Origin: Burkholderiales bacterium
GTDB lineage: Bacteria; Pseudomonadota; Gammaproteobacteria; Burkholderiales; Gallionellaceae
Assembly (NCBI GenBank): GCA_038208855.1
Contig: JBBQYH010000001.1
Coordinates: 1-54,417, forward strand
DNA length: 54,417 bases
Direction of reading: 5' to 3'
Below the pieces are notes generated by a model that was not told where the DNA came from, searched no databases, and saw only the letters and a program-made list of their open reading frames with translations. Position 1 is the first letter of the stretch. Each line of letters opens with the position of its first letter. Made by a program: the position numbers and the translations under genes. Shown one piece after another: positions 54,010 through 54,417 of this stretch.

Positions 54010-54417
54010 ATGACAATTAAAGTTGGTATAAACGGTTTTGGCCGTATCGGCCGTATGGCATTCCGCGCTGCTGCAAAAGATTTTCCTGAAATCGAAGTTG
54101 TGGCGATCAACGACTTGCTCGAGCCGGATTATCTGGCGTATATGCTCAAATACGATTCAGTACATGGTCGTTTTAACGGCGATGTTAAAGTCGACGGCAA
54201 CAACCTGATCGTTAATGGCAAGAAAATCCGCCTGACAGCAGAACGTGATCCGGCCAATCTCAAGTGGAAAGAGGCGGGTGTAGATATCGGCCGGGGCGGT
54301 ACCGGTATCTTCCTGACCATGGAATCATGTCCGGCGCGCATTGCGGCGGGTGGCGGGGAGGTGCGCCAGTGCGCGCCTGGCGAAGAGGGGGCACCGATGT
54401 GTGTGGACGGCGGAATC
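54010..54417 (+). CDS. gap: Glyceraldehyde-3-phosphate dehydrogenase, 5' partial (open to the window end)
   Basis: [15 protein letters not shown]...[20 protein letters not shown]. Missing from the ORF track because there is no stop in the window. The last ~45 codons are aberrant (see findings). Confidence 0.85.
   Translation, partial: MTIKVGINGFGRIGRMAFRAAAKDFPEIEVVAINDLLEPDYLAYMLKYDSVHGRFNGDVKVDGNNLIVNGKKIRLTAERDPANLKWKEAGVDIGRGGTGIFLTMESCPARIAAGGGEVRQCAPGEEGAPMCVDGGI

Overview
This window is the replication-origin region of a chromosome that looks betaproteobacterial. The gene order and protein sequences resemble Methylophilaceae or Nitrosomonadales-type genomes, but that taxon call is only an inference. 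About 80% of the window is conserved housekeeping. On the minus strand lie glmS-glmU, a complete atpIBEFHAGDC operon, parB-parA-rsmG-mnmG and mnmE-yidC-yidD-rnpA-rpmH. These diverge at about 31.9 kb from dnaA-dnaN-gyrB on the plus strand. Further right are topA-smg-dprA-LysM (minus), def-fmt-rsmB-DUF4390-ntrY-ntrX(short) and tkt-gap (plus). I found two perfect DnaA boxes flanking dnaA, a dnaA-dnaN spacer of about 21% G+C, and one perfect parS site between mnmE and mnmG. rpmH is missing from the ORF track because it is only 44 aa. The accessory material has five parts: (a) a mosaic left end with an IS transposase fragment, a short BLUF photoreceptor, and a high-GC EamA transporter / LysR pair in which the LysR gene carries an in-frame TAG; (b) a 4.5-7.3 kb block of small or secreted proteins; (c) a co-oriented rhodanese / alpha-beta-fold::TlpA fusion / diheme cytochrome c::DUF302 fusion / DUF302 cluster; (d) an orphan ParA-like ATPase plus CheX-type phosphatase pair directly downstream of glmS; (e) a TonB / TonB-dependent receptor / lipoprotein insert between gyrB and topA. 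I saw no rRNA, tRNA, CRISPR array or recognisable defence or toxin system. The ParA-CheX pair and the periplasmic redox cluster are the best candidates for undescribed biology, and both rest on sequence motifs plus inference. The last ~130 nt of the window look like degraded sequence.
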